A DNA stretch of 64,000 nucleotides. Origin: Lentisphaerota bacterium (lineage in GTDB: Bacteria > Verrucomicrobiota > Lentisphaeria > Victivallales > Victivallaceae). Shown here piece by piece: positions 15,701 through 24,732 of this stretch (positions within the stretch are counted from its first letter, which is position 1; each line of letters opens with the position of its first letter). Location of the stretch: NCBI GenBank assembly GCA_015061625.1, contig SUWG01000008.1, positions 11,298 through 75,297 on the forward strand, written 5' to 3'. Under the pieces are notes generated by a model, which had not been told where the DNA came from, did no database searches, and saw only the letters and a list, made by a program, of their open reading frames with translations. The translations under genes were made by a program, and so were the position numbers.

Positions 15701-16981
15701 TCAGCGGTGGTTTTTAAGATAATTGAGCAAATTGACCGTTCCGGAATTGCGGCCGTCTCCGAAAAATGAGCGGTAGGAGAAAAACGCCGCTCCGGAAACA
15801 TGATACCGCATCCGGTTGTAGCGCAGTTGATTGATCAATTCATTGCTTTGCCATTTGCCGCCATTGTATGCGGCGATGCCGATGTAAAGTTTTACTCCGG
15901 TGCCACTTACCACTGAACACCACCAGTCGGTCAATGCTGCATAGGCTGCCACATCGTGAGCGAAATCCCAATATATTTGCGGTGCGATATAATCCACATA
16001 GCCCAGTTTGACCCATTTTCTGGTGTCGGCAAAAAGCACGGAAAAACTCTCTTTGCCGCCGGTAAGTGAGCCGTTGCCGTTGGTTGAACGGTTCGCCCAG
16101 ATGCCGAATGGACTGATGCCGAAGCGCACCCGGCGGTTCTGGATCAGGTTATTCCGGGTGATGGTCAGCCGCACCCGGTAGATCAGCGTATCGGTGTTGT
16201 TTCTGCGCCAGTTATCCAGCGTAAGGTTGTCGGGGTTGAAGCGGCGGAAGGTCGCCTGATCCTCATTGCCCAGTTTTTCATAAGGATAGAAGTAATCGTC
16301 AAAGTGGATGGCATCGACCTGATAGCGTGAAACGATATCCCGGACGATGGTACAGAGATGGGTGATGACTTCCGGACGGCCGGGGTCGAGGAAAAGCTGA
16401 TTGCCCGCCGGATTGCGTTTGACCAGCACACATTGCGGATTTTTCCGGGCGAAGTTGTTGGGGGCAAGCGTTGCCAGATAAGCACTTTTGGATAAATTGG
16501 TATTGCCGGTCACCCGGTATGGATTCAGCCACGCATGGAATTCCAGCCCCCGTTTGTGGGTCTCATCGATCATGAATTTCAACGGGTCGAAACTGCCCAG
16601 CCCGGTTCCCTCTTTTCCTGCCAGCCAGCGTGACCACGGGGCCAGCCCGGTCGGGTAAAAGGCATCACAGTTGGAACGGATCTGGAAGATTATGGCGGTG
16701 AATCCCGCCGCCTTGATATTGTCGGCCATCCGGCGGAAATCCCGTTGAAATTCTGCCGCGCTCCGGTGAGTCGGGAAGTCGATATTTTCCACCACAGCCA
16801 CCCAGATACCCCGGAATTCATCCGGACGGATGGCGGCATCACGGATCACCACCTGCCGGGTGTCAAATCTGCCGGCATAACGCACCGGGCGGCCGGCACT
16901 GTCACGCAGAACTTCACCGGAAAGCGGGAGCAAACCGAAAAATAAAAGTTGCAATATCCTGTGGTATATAGATTTGAACAT
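15701..16981 (-). CDS. GHL10 / DUF187 family glycoside-hydrolase-like secreted protein
   Basis: Signal peptide, then 'RGIWVAVVENIDFPT', 'EFHAWLNPYR' and 'DAIHFDDYFYP', typical of the YngK/GHL10 family. Confidence 0.7.
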   Translation of the reverse strand: MFKSIYHRILQLLFFGLLPLSGEVLRDSAGRPVRYAGRFDTRQVVIRDAAIRPDEFRGIWVAVVENIDFPTHRSAAEFQRDFRRMADNIKAAGFTAIIFQIRSNCDAFYPTGLAPWSRWLAGKEGTGLGSFDPLKFMIDETHKRGLEFHAWLNPYRVTGNTNLSKSAYLATLAPNNFARKNPQCVLVKRNPAGNQLFLDPGRPEVITHLCTIVRDIVSRYQVDAIHFDDYFYPYEKLGNEDQATFRRFNPDNLTLDNWRRNNTDTLIYRVRLTITRNNLIQNRRVRFGISPFGIWANRSTNGNGSLTGGKESFSVLFADTRKWVKLGYVDYIAPQIYWDFAHDVAAYAALTDWWCSVVSGTGVKLYIGIAAYNGGKWQSNELINQLRYNRMRYHVSGAAFFSYRSFFGDGRNSGTVNLLNYLKNHR

Positions 16982-16989
16982 ATCATCCT

Positions 16990-18291
16990 TTATTCGTTGA
17001 AGTCCGGGGGCAGTTCCGGACGTTTGCCCCGCTTGCGGAATGGCTTGCTCCGGTAGTTCTTTTCCGGATGGTGTTTTTTCCGGCGCGGAGCCTGATACAA
17101 ATGGAACTCTCTCGGGTCATGTCCGGCGGGGAACTTACGCTCCAATTCAGTAACATCCTCATTCAAAGAAAGGTGACGGATGAGTAATAATTCCCGGCCG
17201 TGGGCGTATGATTTGTGGCGCATCAAAGCGGGTACATCCGTTTCCGCGGATTGTTCCAGCATACTTTGCATCGTCATAATTTTTATTGCCGCCTCCCGCA
17301 CTTTGACCATCAATGTTTGCGGGGCGAATATTTTACCTATCCACTTATAAAGCACTTCATCGACCAATTCATCCCGCCGTTTCCACACTTTGCCCGGCTG
17401 GTAATTCAACTCGGCCATGACAAAAGGCAGTGTGATCGCCGCCAGAGCCAGTGAGATGCTGTCACGGTAAATGCCCGCTTCGATCCGGCAGTTGCGTTCA
17501 TAGAGCAGATCCATTGCCCGTTTGCAGGCCGTGCTGCCCCAGTTTTCCGCCAGCACCGGCAGGAAACTGGTCAGCAATCCGTAATCGAAGAAAACTTCAA
17601 AGTGGCGGTCACAACTGCTGGATTTCAGGATCTTTTCCAATTCCAGTGAGAGCCTGCCGGCAGAAGCGTGTTTCAGAAGCGGCAACGCTCCGAAAAGGGC
17701 ATTTTCGGTGGCACTTTCCAGCGAAAAGTCAAATTGAGCCACCAGTTTCAAAGCCCGGATCATGCGCACGGGGTCTTCTTCAAAACGCAATGCCGCTTCG
17801 CCGATGGCGCGGACGACGCCGTTTTCGATATCCTTTATACCCATGCCGGTATGGTCGATAAGAACCTTATTCACCGGGTCGTAAAAGAGGGCGTTGACGG
17901 TGAAATCCCGGCGGAAAGCATCCTCTTTTGCCGTGCCGTAATCGTTGTCGGAAACGATCAGGTTTTCCGGCATTTTCTGGAATTTTTCATCATTTTTATC
18001 CCCGGCATGGACAGATGGCGTCCGGCGGAAGGTGCTTACTTCAAAGAGTTCACCATTGACCGTCACATGGGTCAGACGGAATCTTTTGCCGATGATCCGG
18101 GCTTTGCGTCTGCCGAAAACCTGCCGGACTTCTTCCGGAGTGGCCGAAGTGGAAATATCAAAATCTTTCGGCTTGCGTTTCAGGAGCAGATCCCGGATCG
18201 CTCCGCCGACGATATAGGTTTCAAATCCCGCTTTCTGTAACGCATCGACGACCTGATACGCTCCGCGGGATATTTCAAAATCATATTCCAT
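16990..18291 (-). CDS. pcnB: Poly(A) polymerase I / tRNA nucleotidyltransferase family
   Basis: 'YIVGGAIRDLLLKRKPKDFDIST' and 'RIIGKRFRLTHVTVNGELFEVSTFRR' (PcnB-type), with a basic C-terminal tail. Start moved to ATG 18291, which forms TAATG with the nadB stop. Confidence 0.75.
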   Translation of the reverse strand: MEYDFEISRGAYQVVDALQKAGFETYIVGGAIRDLLLKRKPKDFDISTSATPEEVRQVFGRRKARIIGKRFRLTHVTVNGELFEVSTFRRTPSVHAGDKNDEKFQKMPENLIVSDNDYGTAKEDAFRRDFTVNALFYDPVNKVLIDHTGMGIKDIENGVVRAIGEAALRFEEDPVRMIRALKLVAQFDFSLESATENALFGALPLLKHASAGRLSLELEKILKSSSCDRHFEVFFDYGLLTSFLPVLAENWGSTACKRAMDLLYERNCRIEAGIYRDSISLALAAITLPFVMAELNYQPGKVWKRRDELVDEVLYKWIGKIFAPQTLMVKVREAAIKIMTMQSMLEQSAETDVPALMRHKSYAHGRELLLIRHLSLNEDVTELERKFPAGHDPREFHLYQAPRRKKHHPEKNYRSKPFRKRGKRPELPPDFNE

Positions 18292-19952
18292 TACCGGCTC
18301 CTTACATCCCGCTGGATTATGGTATCCACGCACTCCAGTTCCGGGTCGAGGAATGGGTAATCGGCGTTGTAGTGCAATCCCCGGCTTTCCTTGCGTTTCA
18401 GCGAGGAATCAATGATCAACTCTGCCACGGTGGCGATGTTGCGCAACTCCACCAGATCGGCGGTAACGGTGAAATCCCAATAATATTTTTCGATCTCTTT
18501 GCGGATGAGTTTGATCCGGTTTTTGGCCCGTTCCAGCCGTTTGTCGGTGCGGTAGATGCCGACATAGTCCCACATGAAGCGTCTGATCTCATCCCAGTTG
18601 TGGGCGATAAGCACCTGCTCATCGGAGTCGGTGGCATTGCCGGTGGTCCAATTCATTGCTTTCCGGATATCCGGTTCGACGGCTTTGAACGATTCAAATT
18701 TGTCGTTGATATCTTTGGCGATCGCTCTGGGAATGACCATCGCTTCGAGCAGACTGTTGCTGGCCAGCCGGTTGGCTCCGTGCAATCCGGTGCAGGCGGA
18801 TTCGCCGACGGCATAAAGACCGGTGATATTCGATGCGCCGTTGACATCGGTTTTGATGCCGCCGCAAACGAAGTGTGCCGCCGGGACGACGGGGATCAGG
18901 TCATGAGCCATATTGATCCCGGCTTCCAGACATTTGGCAAAGATATTGGGGAAGCGCAGTTTGAGAGTTTCCTCGCTCAAGTGACGGATATCCAGATAGA
19001 CACACTCTTCCCCGGTACGTTTCATTTCCGAGTCGATGGCTCTGGCGACGACATCGCGGGGCGCGAGGCTCTGCATCGGGTGGTATTTCTGCATGAATTC
19101 CACCGGTTCGGCATCGCGTTTTTCCCGGCACTTCAAAACGGCACCTTCGCCGCGCAATGCTTCACTGATGAGGAACGATCTGATCGTCGGGTGGTAGAGG
19201 ATCGTCGGGTGGAACTGGATGAATTCCATGTTGGCGATCTTCGCTCCGGCGCGGTAAGCCATGGCGACACCTGAACCGCACGCCACATCCGGATTACTGG
19301 TATAAAGATAAACTTTTCCGGCTCCGCCGCAGGCAATGGTGGTAGTGGCGGCCAGAGCGGTAAAGATTTCGCCATTGGTGCAATTAAGAACATAACAGCC
19401 GAAACAGCGGTTGGTACCCGGCAGACCGAGACGTTTGCTTACGACCAGATCGATGGCGATATGATTTTCAAAAACTTCCACGTTGGCCATTTCCCGGATG
19501 GTTTTGACCATTACTCTTTCCAGTTCCGCTCCGGTGATATCTCCGGCGTGAAGCACCCGGCGTTTGTGGTGACCGCCCTCGCGGCCCAGATCGAAATCTT
19601 CCGGATTATCCTGATGGCCCAGATCGCCTCTGGTGGTGAATTTTGCGCCGAGTTCGATGATTTCCCGGATGGCATCCGGCCCGGCTTCCACGATGGCACG
19701 GACGGCTTTTTCATCACACATCCCGGCACCGGCGGTCAGGGTATCGGCGACGTGTTCATCGAATGTATCGAGTTTATCCATGACACACGCCACGCCGCCT
19801 TGAGCGAAACGGCTGTTGCATTCATCGATCTCACGTTTGGTGAAAATGGCGATGCTTCTGCCGCTTTTAGCCAGATGGTAAGCGCACGTCAAGCCTGCCA
19901 GACCGCTGCCGATAATAATATGATCAAATTGTTTAATTTCGTGAATTTTCAT
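18291..19952 (-). CDS. nadB: L-aspartate oxidase
   Basis: 'FDHIIIGSGLAGL' (FAD), 'RFAQGGVACV', 'HPTIL...LISEALRGEGA', 'NRLASNSLLE'. Start moved to ATG 19952, preceded by GGGGGA. Confidence 0.9.
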   Translation of the reverse strand: MKIHEIKQFDHIIIGSGLAGLTCAYHLAKSGRSIAIFTKREIDECNSRFAQGGVACVMDKLDTFDEHVADTLTAGAGMCDEKAVRAIVEAGPDAIREIIELGAKFTTRGDLGHQDNPEDFDLGREGGHHKRRVLHAGDITGAELERVMVKTIREMANVEVFENHIAIDLVVSKRLGLPGTNRCFGCYVLNCTNGEIFTALAATTTIACGGAGKVYLYTSNPDVACGSGVAMAYRAGAKIANMEFIQFHPTILYHPTIRSFLISEALRGEGAVLKCREKRDAEPVEFMQKYHPMQSLAPRDVVARAIDSEMKRTGEECVYLDIRHLSEETLKLRFPNIFAKCLEAGINMAHDLIPVVPAAHFVCGGIKTDVNGASNITGLYAVGESACTGLHGANRLASNSLLEAMVIPRAIAKDINDKFESFKAVEPDIRKAMNWTTGNATDSDEQVLIAHNWDEIRRFMWDYVGIYRTDKRLERAKNRIKLIRKEIEKYYWDFTVTADLVELRNIATVAELIIDSSLKRKESRGLHYNADYPFLDPELECVDTIIQRDVRSR

Positions 19953-20085
19953 TTTTTCCCCCGAAATTATAAAAAAATCTTTATTCAAATTACATATAAT
20001 ATACATCAATCTTCCAAAAATACCAGAAAATATCAGACGGTTTCGTTTTTTTTGCTTTTTTTTTGCTTTTTTTGGGGAAATCGTG

Positions 20086-20113
20086 TTGACAAATGGAAAA
20101 TCACGGCTATATT
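20086..20113 (+). promoter_or_regulatory. Possible sigma70-type promoter for tRNA-Asn
   Basis: TTGACA (20086-20091), 16-nt spacer, TATATT (20108-20113), 35 nt upstream of the tRNA 5' end. Confidence 0.45.
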
Positions 20114-20148
20114 ATATGACATAGTGAACGAAATAAGACGTTCCTCGC

Positions 20149-20223
20149 TCCGGCATAGCTCAATGGTAGAGTAGGTGGCTGTTAACCACTTGGTTCCTGG
20201 TTCGAGCCCAGGTGCCGGAGCCA
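20149..20223 (+). tRNA. tRNA-Asn(GTT): tRNA-Asn, anticodon GTT, CCA encoded
   Basis: Manual cloverleaf: acceptor TCCGGCA/TGCCGGA, D-arm GCTC-AATGGTA-GAGT, anticodon arm GGTGG-CTGTTAA-CCACT, T-arm CCTGG-TTCGAGC-CCAGG, discriminator G, then CCA. A T8 run follows. Confidence 0.9.
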
Positions 20224-20385
20224 TTTTTTTTGCCCGGATTATGGAAAATTGCGGGCCTTGCGGGCGTCGTTCGTTCAGTCACGTACGCAAGTACGCTCCT
20301 TCACTCTCTCCTTGCAAAACCCGAAATTTTCTCATACTCCGGGCAAAAAAAGCCGTTGGGTGGTTTGGCTCTGCGGCCTGACGGC

Positions 20386-20760
20386 CTTGACAGGGGCTGC
20401 CGCCCCCGTACCCCTGCGTGGGGCTCTGCCCCACACCCCGCCCGTGATGATTCCATGTAGGGCTTCGCCCCGTCCCCCCACGGGCGGTTTGTACCGCCCT
20501 TTACAGGGGCTGCCGCCCCCGTACCCCTGCGTGGGGCTCTGCCCCACACCCCGCCCGTGATGATTCCATGTAGGGCTTCGCCCCGTCCCCCCACGGGCGG
20601 TTTGTTCCGCCCTTGACAGGGGCTGCCGCCCCCGTACCCCTGCGTGGGGCTCTGCCCCACACCCCGCCCGTGATGATTCCATGTAGGGCTTTGCCCCGTA
20701 CCCCCACTGGCGGTTAGCCTCGCCCTTGACAGGGGCTTTGCCCCCGTACCCCGGCGGCCG
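20386..20760. repeat. 113-bp GC-rich tandem repeat, three full units plus a ~36-bp partial fourth
   Basis: Units start at 20386, 20499, 20612 and 20725, each with CTTGACAGGGGC (or CTTTACAGGGGC). Units 1 and 2 are near-identical, and the tail of unit 3 diverges. Confidence 0.9.
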
Positions 20761-21126
20761 TTATTGTCCGTTAAAATCAGGTCGATCCGGCAATCAGAGT
20801 GGGGCGTTTTTATTGCCTCATCGACGGTTTATGACAGAAACTCATATTGATTTCCCGCTTGAAATTTCCGGAAATTGATAGATTTTCGATTTTGTTGTAC
20901 CCACGATCTCTGAAGCCGTAAGCCTCCTGATCTTGTTGTTAAAACCTGCCCAAATCCTGAAAATCCCCGCGCATAACTTTGGCTGCTCACTTTTTGCCGG
21001 GATAAAGATTGAAAAATTTATTGCGGGGTGCTATAGTAATATGATTGACATCCGATAATATTAAAATTGCCTTAACCGATCCTTGCGGAACATTTTTGCG
21101 CAATATATCTTTGGAGATGGATTTAT

Positions 21127-23784
21127 ATGTATGGTTTCGAGAAGATTTCTCCTGTTCCTTCTTTCCCTGCCGGAGAACCGGAGTTTGTAAGTGAATTGAG
21201 AAAATATCCCAGCCGTAAACCTCTCTGGCAGCAGGGGGATTTCCCGCCGGATGCCGTCGATTTACACCACGGCTGGAAACTTGATATCCGTTTCCCCGAT
21301 CCGGAAGAACTCCTGAAAAGCGCATACGATGCTCTGGAACGGTTCAAAGAGGCATACACTGATAAAAGTTCTGATGCTTTGACTCTTCGTGTCGAAAAAA
21401 ATCCTCAACTTGCCTTTGAAGAATACATTATCGATGTTGCTCCGGGGCGCATCACACTTCAGGCGGCAGATACCGAAGGTGTACGGCGGGCAGTTTATGA
21501 TCTGATCGACCGGATGCGGGGAAGCCGTGTTCCCGCTCTTGAATTCGGTACTGTCCGCCGCAAGCCGTGGTTGAAAAACCGCATTTCCCGCTGTTTTTTC
21601 GGGCCGATCAAGCGTCCGCCGTTTTTCCGGGATGAGTTGACCGACGGGATCGATTACTATCCGGAAGGTTATCTGGATCAGCTTGCTTCCGAAGGGATCA
21701 ACGGCATTTGGCTGACTGTCTCCTGGAAGGAATTGGCGGTCACCGGATTTTTTCCGGAAGATCCTTTGCGGGCCAAAAGGATCGGAAAACTTAAAAAAAC
21801 GGTGGAAAAATGCCGCAAATACGGTATTAAAGTGTGGGCATTTTGCATTGAGCCGATGTCGTGGCATCCGGTTGCGAATCCTTTGCCGGAAAATTGCAGA
21901 AATATGATAGGCGAGCCGTCGTTATTCGGTGGTTATCAGGCGTTTTGCATCGGCAGTGAAGAGGGCAGACGTTATGTGCGTGAGAGTACCTCCTCTATTT
22001 TTCGTGATGTTCCCCATCTGGGTGGAATGATGCTCATTTCCCTCGGTGAAAGACCGACATCCTGTTTGAGTTACATTGATGAAATTGAGAGCGATACCCA
22101 TCCCTGTGCGGCAAAGTGCGGTTTGAACAACTCTCAAATACTCAATGCTGTTCTTTCAAATATCAAAGACGGCATCCGGGATGCCGGAAGTGATGCCGAA
22201 GTTCTCAGTTGGCTTTACTCACCCCGCCCCGGTCAGATCCGGGACTGGTGGTTTGATCTGCCGTCGGAGTTGGATGAAGACAAAATTCTGGCATTCAACT
22301 TTGAATCCGGCTGCACCAAGGCTCAAACCGGAAAAGTCCATGCCGGCGGAGATTACTGGCTTTCTGCCATCGGCCCTTCTGACCGTTTCGGCAGAATGGC
22401 GGCTGCGGCAAAAGGCCGTTGTAAATTTGCCGCCAAACTTCAGGTGGGCTGTTCCCATGAATTGGCAACCGTTCCCTTTATGCCGGTGCCGGGCAACCTT
22501 TATCAGAAGTACAAGGCTATGAAAACTTCAGGCGTGGAACACGTCATCCAATGCTGGTACTTCGGCAATTATCCCGGCATTATGAACCGTGCCGCCGGAA
22601 AACTTGCCTTTGAGGAGTTTGACCGGGATGAAAAAAGTTTTCTTACTGACCTTGCCCGGTCGGAGTGGGGCGATGCCATGGCGGAAACGATCGCTGATAT
22701 GTGGATGAAATTCGGCAAAGCATACAGCAATTATCCGCTGGATATCCAATATCAATATTACGGTCCGATGCATGACGGTATCGTCTGGCCGCTTCATGTG
22801 AAACAGGTATTCCGTCCGCTTACCCGTTCATGGAAACCGGATAATTTTCCAGCCGGGGATGCCATCGGTGAAGCTCTTGCCAATCACTCTCTGGCCGACA
22901 GTGAAATTCTTACCGGCATGATGGCAGAGCAGTGGAATGAAGCTGTTGCCATTCTTCCCGAACTCCGGGAAATGTATGCTGATTATCCGGAGCGGCAGCG
23001 GGATTGTGATCTTTACGAAGCCTTGCAACTGTTGATAAACTCCGGTTCCCGGATCATGAGTTTCTACCATTTGCGGCAGTTGCTCCACACCGGAAACCGG
23101 GCCGTGATACCGCAGATGCGGGAACTGGCGGAGTTGGAGAAAAATGCTTCGGCAAGAATGATCGAACTTTGTCAGCGTGACTGCCGCCTCGGTTATCACT
23201 CGGAAGCGGAAGTTTACAAATACCATCCGGCGAAATTGCAGTGGCGTATCGGAGAACTGGAAAAGACCATTTCCGCTCTTGATGAACTGGCTGAAAAAGA
23301 TTCCGCCGAAATAACAGAAATGGTTAAATGGCGCGGCCCGACTATAGAACTTGACCGGAAATACTCCGCCGGAACTTTCTCCTGTTCGGTGGCAAAAGTT
23401 GGCAATGAATTGCTTTTTACCATTGAATATGAAAATATTTCCGGAGAAGTTTCGCAGGAGTTGCGCCAGTTGATGCTGATGGATAAAAGCGGCATGAAAC
23501 TGCCGATACTGCTGTTGGTGCAACCCGGTGGTGAAAGTTTCGGTTACAGCAACTCCGGTCAGGGCGCAATCATTTCCGGTCTCGGCGGCAATAAATTTCT
23601 GGTCAGAGTGCCGTGGGGCAGATTTGAGTATGCAACGGAGATCTTTGTGGGCTTCCAGAGGATATGGTTCGATGCAGACAGCAAAATGCAGTGTGACAAT
23701 GTGCCTCCGGTTGAGGAGGAACTGGAATTCCGCCTCAATTTAGGCGGTCACTCTCCGGAAAGATACGCCCTTTTGCAACTCTAA
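21127..23784 (+). CDS. Large hypothetical protein, glycoside-hydrolase-like (GH20/GH67-type N-terminal alpha/beta domain, then a TIM-barrel-like region)
   Basis: 885-aa ORF with GGAGATGG upstream. 'LRVEKNPQLAFEEYIIDVAPGRITLQAADTEGVRRAVYDLIDRM' resembles the small N-terminal domain of GH20/GH67/DUF4838 enzymes. The CDS is solid, but the function is tentative. Confidence 0.45.
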   Translation: MYGFEKISPVPSFPAGEPEFVSELRKYPSRKPLWQQGDFPPDAVDLHHGWKLDIRFPDPEELLKSAYDALERFKEAYTDKSSDALTLRVEKNPQLAFEEYIIDVAPGRITLQAADTEGVRRAVYDLIDRMRGSRVPALEFGTVRRKPWLKNRISRCFFGPIKRPPFFRDELTDGIDYYPEGYLDQLASEGINGIWLTVSWKELAVTGFFPEDPLRAKRIGKLKKTVEKCRKYGIKVWAFCIEPMSWHPVANPLPENCRNMIGEPSLFGGYQAFCIGSEEGRRYVRESTSSIFRDVPHLGGMMLISLGERPTSCLSYIDEIESDTHPCAAKCGLNNSQILNAVLSNIKDGIRDAGSDAEVLSWLYSPRPGQIRDWWFDLPSELDEDKILAFNFESGCTKAQTGKVHAGGDYWLSAIGPSDRFGRMAAAAKGRCKFAAKLQVGCSHELATVPFMPVPGNLYQKYKAMKTSGVEHVIQCWYFGNYPGIMNRAAGKLAFEEFDRDEKSFLTDLARSEWGDAMAETIADMWMKFGKAYSNYPLDIQYQYYGPMHDGIVWPLHVKQVFRPLTRSWKPDNFPAGDAIGEALANHSLADSEILTGMMAEQWNEAVAILPELREMYADYPERQRDCDLYEALQLLINSGSRIMSFYHLRQLLHTGNRAVIPQMRELAELEKNASARMIELCQRDCRLGYHSEAEVYKYHPAKLQWRIGELEKTISALDELAEKDSAEITEMVKWRGPTIELDRKYSAGTFSCSVAKVGNELLFTIEYENISGEVSQELRQLMLMDKSGMKLPILLLVQPGGESFGYSNSGQGAIISGLGGNKFLVRVPWGRFEYATEIFVGFQRIWFDADSKMQCDNVPPVEEELEFRLNLGGHSPERYALLQL

Positions 23785-23799
23785 CTGCCGTAAATCTCC

Positions 23800-24609
23800 C
23801 TATCTGTGCCGGTGATTTTTACGCATTGCCGCCGGAGTCATGCCGGTATGCTGGCAAAATACCCGCGACAGGTGTGAACGGTCAACAAATCCGGTTTGCG
23901 CTGCAATTTCCGATATGGACATATCAGTATCGGTCAGAAGTTTACCGATCAATTCCATCCGGTGAAGTACCCAGTAGAGCCGGGGCGTGATCCCGGTCGT
24001 TTCCTTGAAAAGTGCCAGAAAACGGGGTTTGGATAAGTTGGCACACCGGCATAACTCGTCAAGGGAATACTTTTGGATTTGGTGTTTATCCATATATTCC
24101 AGCACTTTCCGTATTCTTTCATCGGATGTATGGTGTTGATTGGTTGCCGGATCGCCGAAATTTTCCGGCGGGATATTCAAAAGCAGTGAACCTATTGTTA
24201 CATATATCGCCAGAGATTGTTTTTCAACTGATTTTCCGGTCAAAAGCAGTTCCGTATATTTCTCTGTTTTAAAAATGATCGGTTTGTTTTTGGGTGAGGC
24301 AAATGATGTGCCGGTGGAAAATTCCACAAAATTGTGGATAAACGGAGAAATCGTATGCGCCATACTCATTGTATATGGCGGAATAAGCACCATTGTTCCC
24401 GGCGACATGACGATCGAACAATCATTGAATTCCAGAATCGCACCGGGAGAATCGTTCCAGTAAAGACGCCAGAATTTGGAAATACAACGGGGACTGTTCC
24501 AATACTCCAGATGCCGGTGAAAACCATAATTTACGATCGTCAGTTCCGGCTGCGGCAATTCCCGTGACGGGTTGGCAAAATCGATAATTTTATACCTGTT
24601 TTTAACCAT
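23800..24609 (-). CDS. AraC/XylS family transcriptional regulator
   Basis: C-terminal double HTH '[27 protein letters not shown]...[33 protein letters not shown]'. Confidence 0.85.
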   Translation of the reverse strand: MVKNRYKIIDFANPSRELPQPELTIVNYGFHRHLEYWNSPRCISKFWRLYWNDSPGAILEFNDCSIVMSPGTMVLIPPYTMSMAHTISPFIHNFVEFSTGTSFASPKNKPIIFKTEKYTELLLTGKSVEKQSLAIYVTIGSLLLNIPPENFGDPATNQHHTSDERIRKVLEYMDKHQIQKYSLDELCRCANLSKPRFLALFKETTGITPRLYWVLHRMELIGKLLTDTDMSISEIAAQTGFVDRSHLSRVFCQHTGMTPAAMRKNHRHR

Positions 24610-24732
24610 TTTATACCTTTATTTTTTAACTTTCATACACTATATTATAAACGTGTAATGAAAAAATGCAATCCGGTTAAACAAAAAAACTTCAAAAAAA
24701 TCATCCCCAAAACATTTTTAAGGAGAAAACAA

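Noticed and set aside
20041-20075. T-rich tract TTTCG(T)9GC(T)9GC(T)7 between nadB and tRNA-Asn as a possible slippage or phase-variation site
   Set aside because: It lies in a divergent promoter region. A/T tracts there are more simply explained as UP-element-like or curved DNA. No coding frame is affected.
20249-20707. Four track ORFs (68-119 aa, both strands) inside the tandem array
   Set aside because: The unit length (113) is not a multiple of 3, so each ORF drifts through different frames of the same repeat. The peptides are Gly/Pro/Arg/Ala low-complexity artefacts of GC-rich DNA.
20386-20760. Possible CRISPR array (regularly spaced GC-rich repeats)
   Set aside because: The whole 113-bp unit repeats, so there are no unique spacers between short repeats. 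No cas genes or leader are present in the window. It is a plain tandem repeat.
20149-21126. Integrated element or genomic island at tRNA-Asn
   Set aside because: I could find no integrase, no recombinase and no second copy of the tRNA 3' end downstream. The flanking genes look like ordinary chromosomal genes. At most it is an old scar, as noted in the findings.
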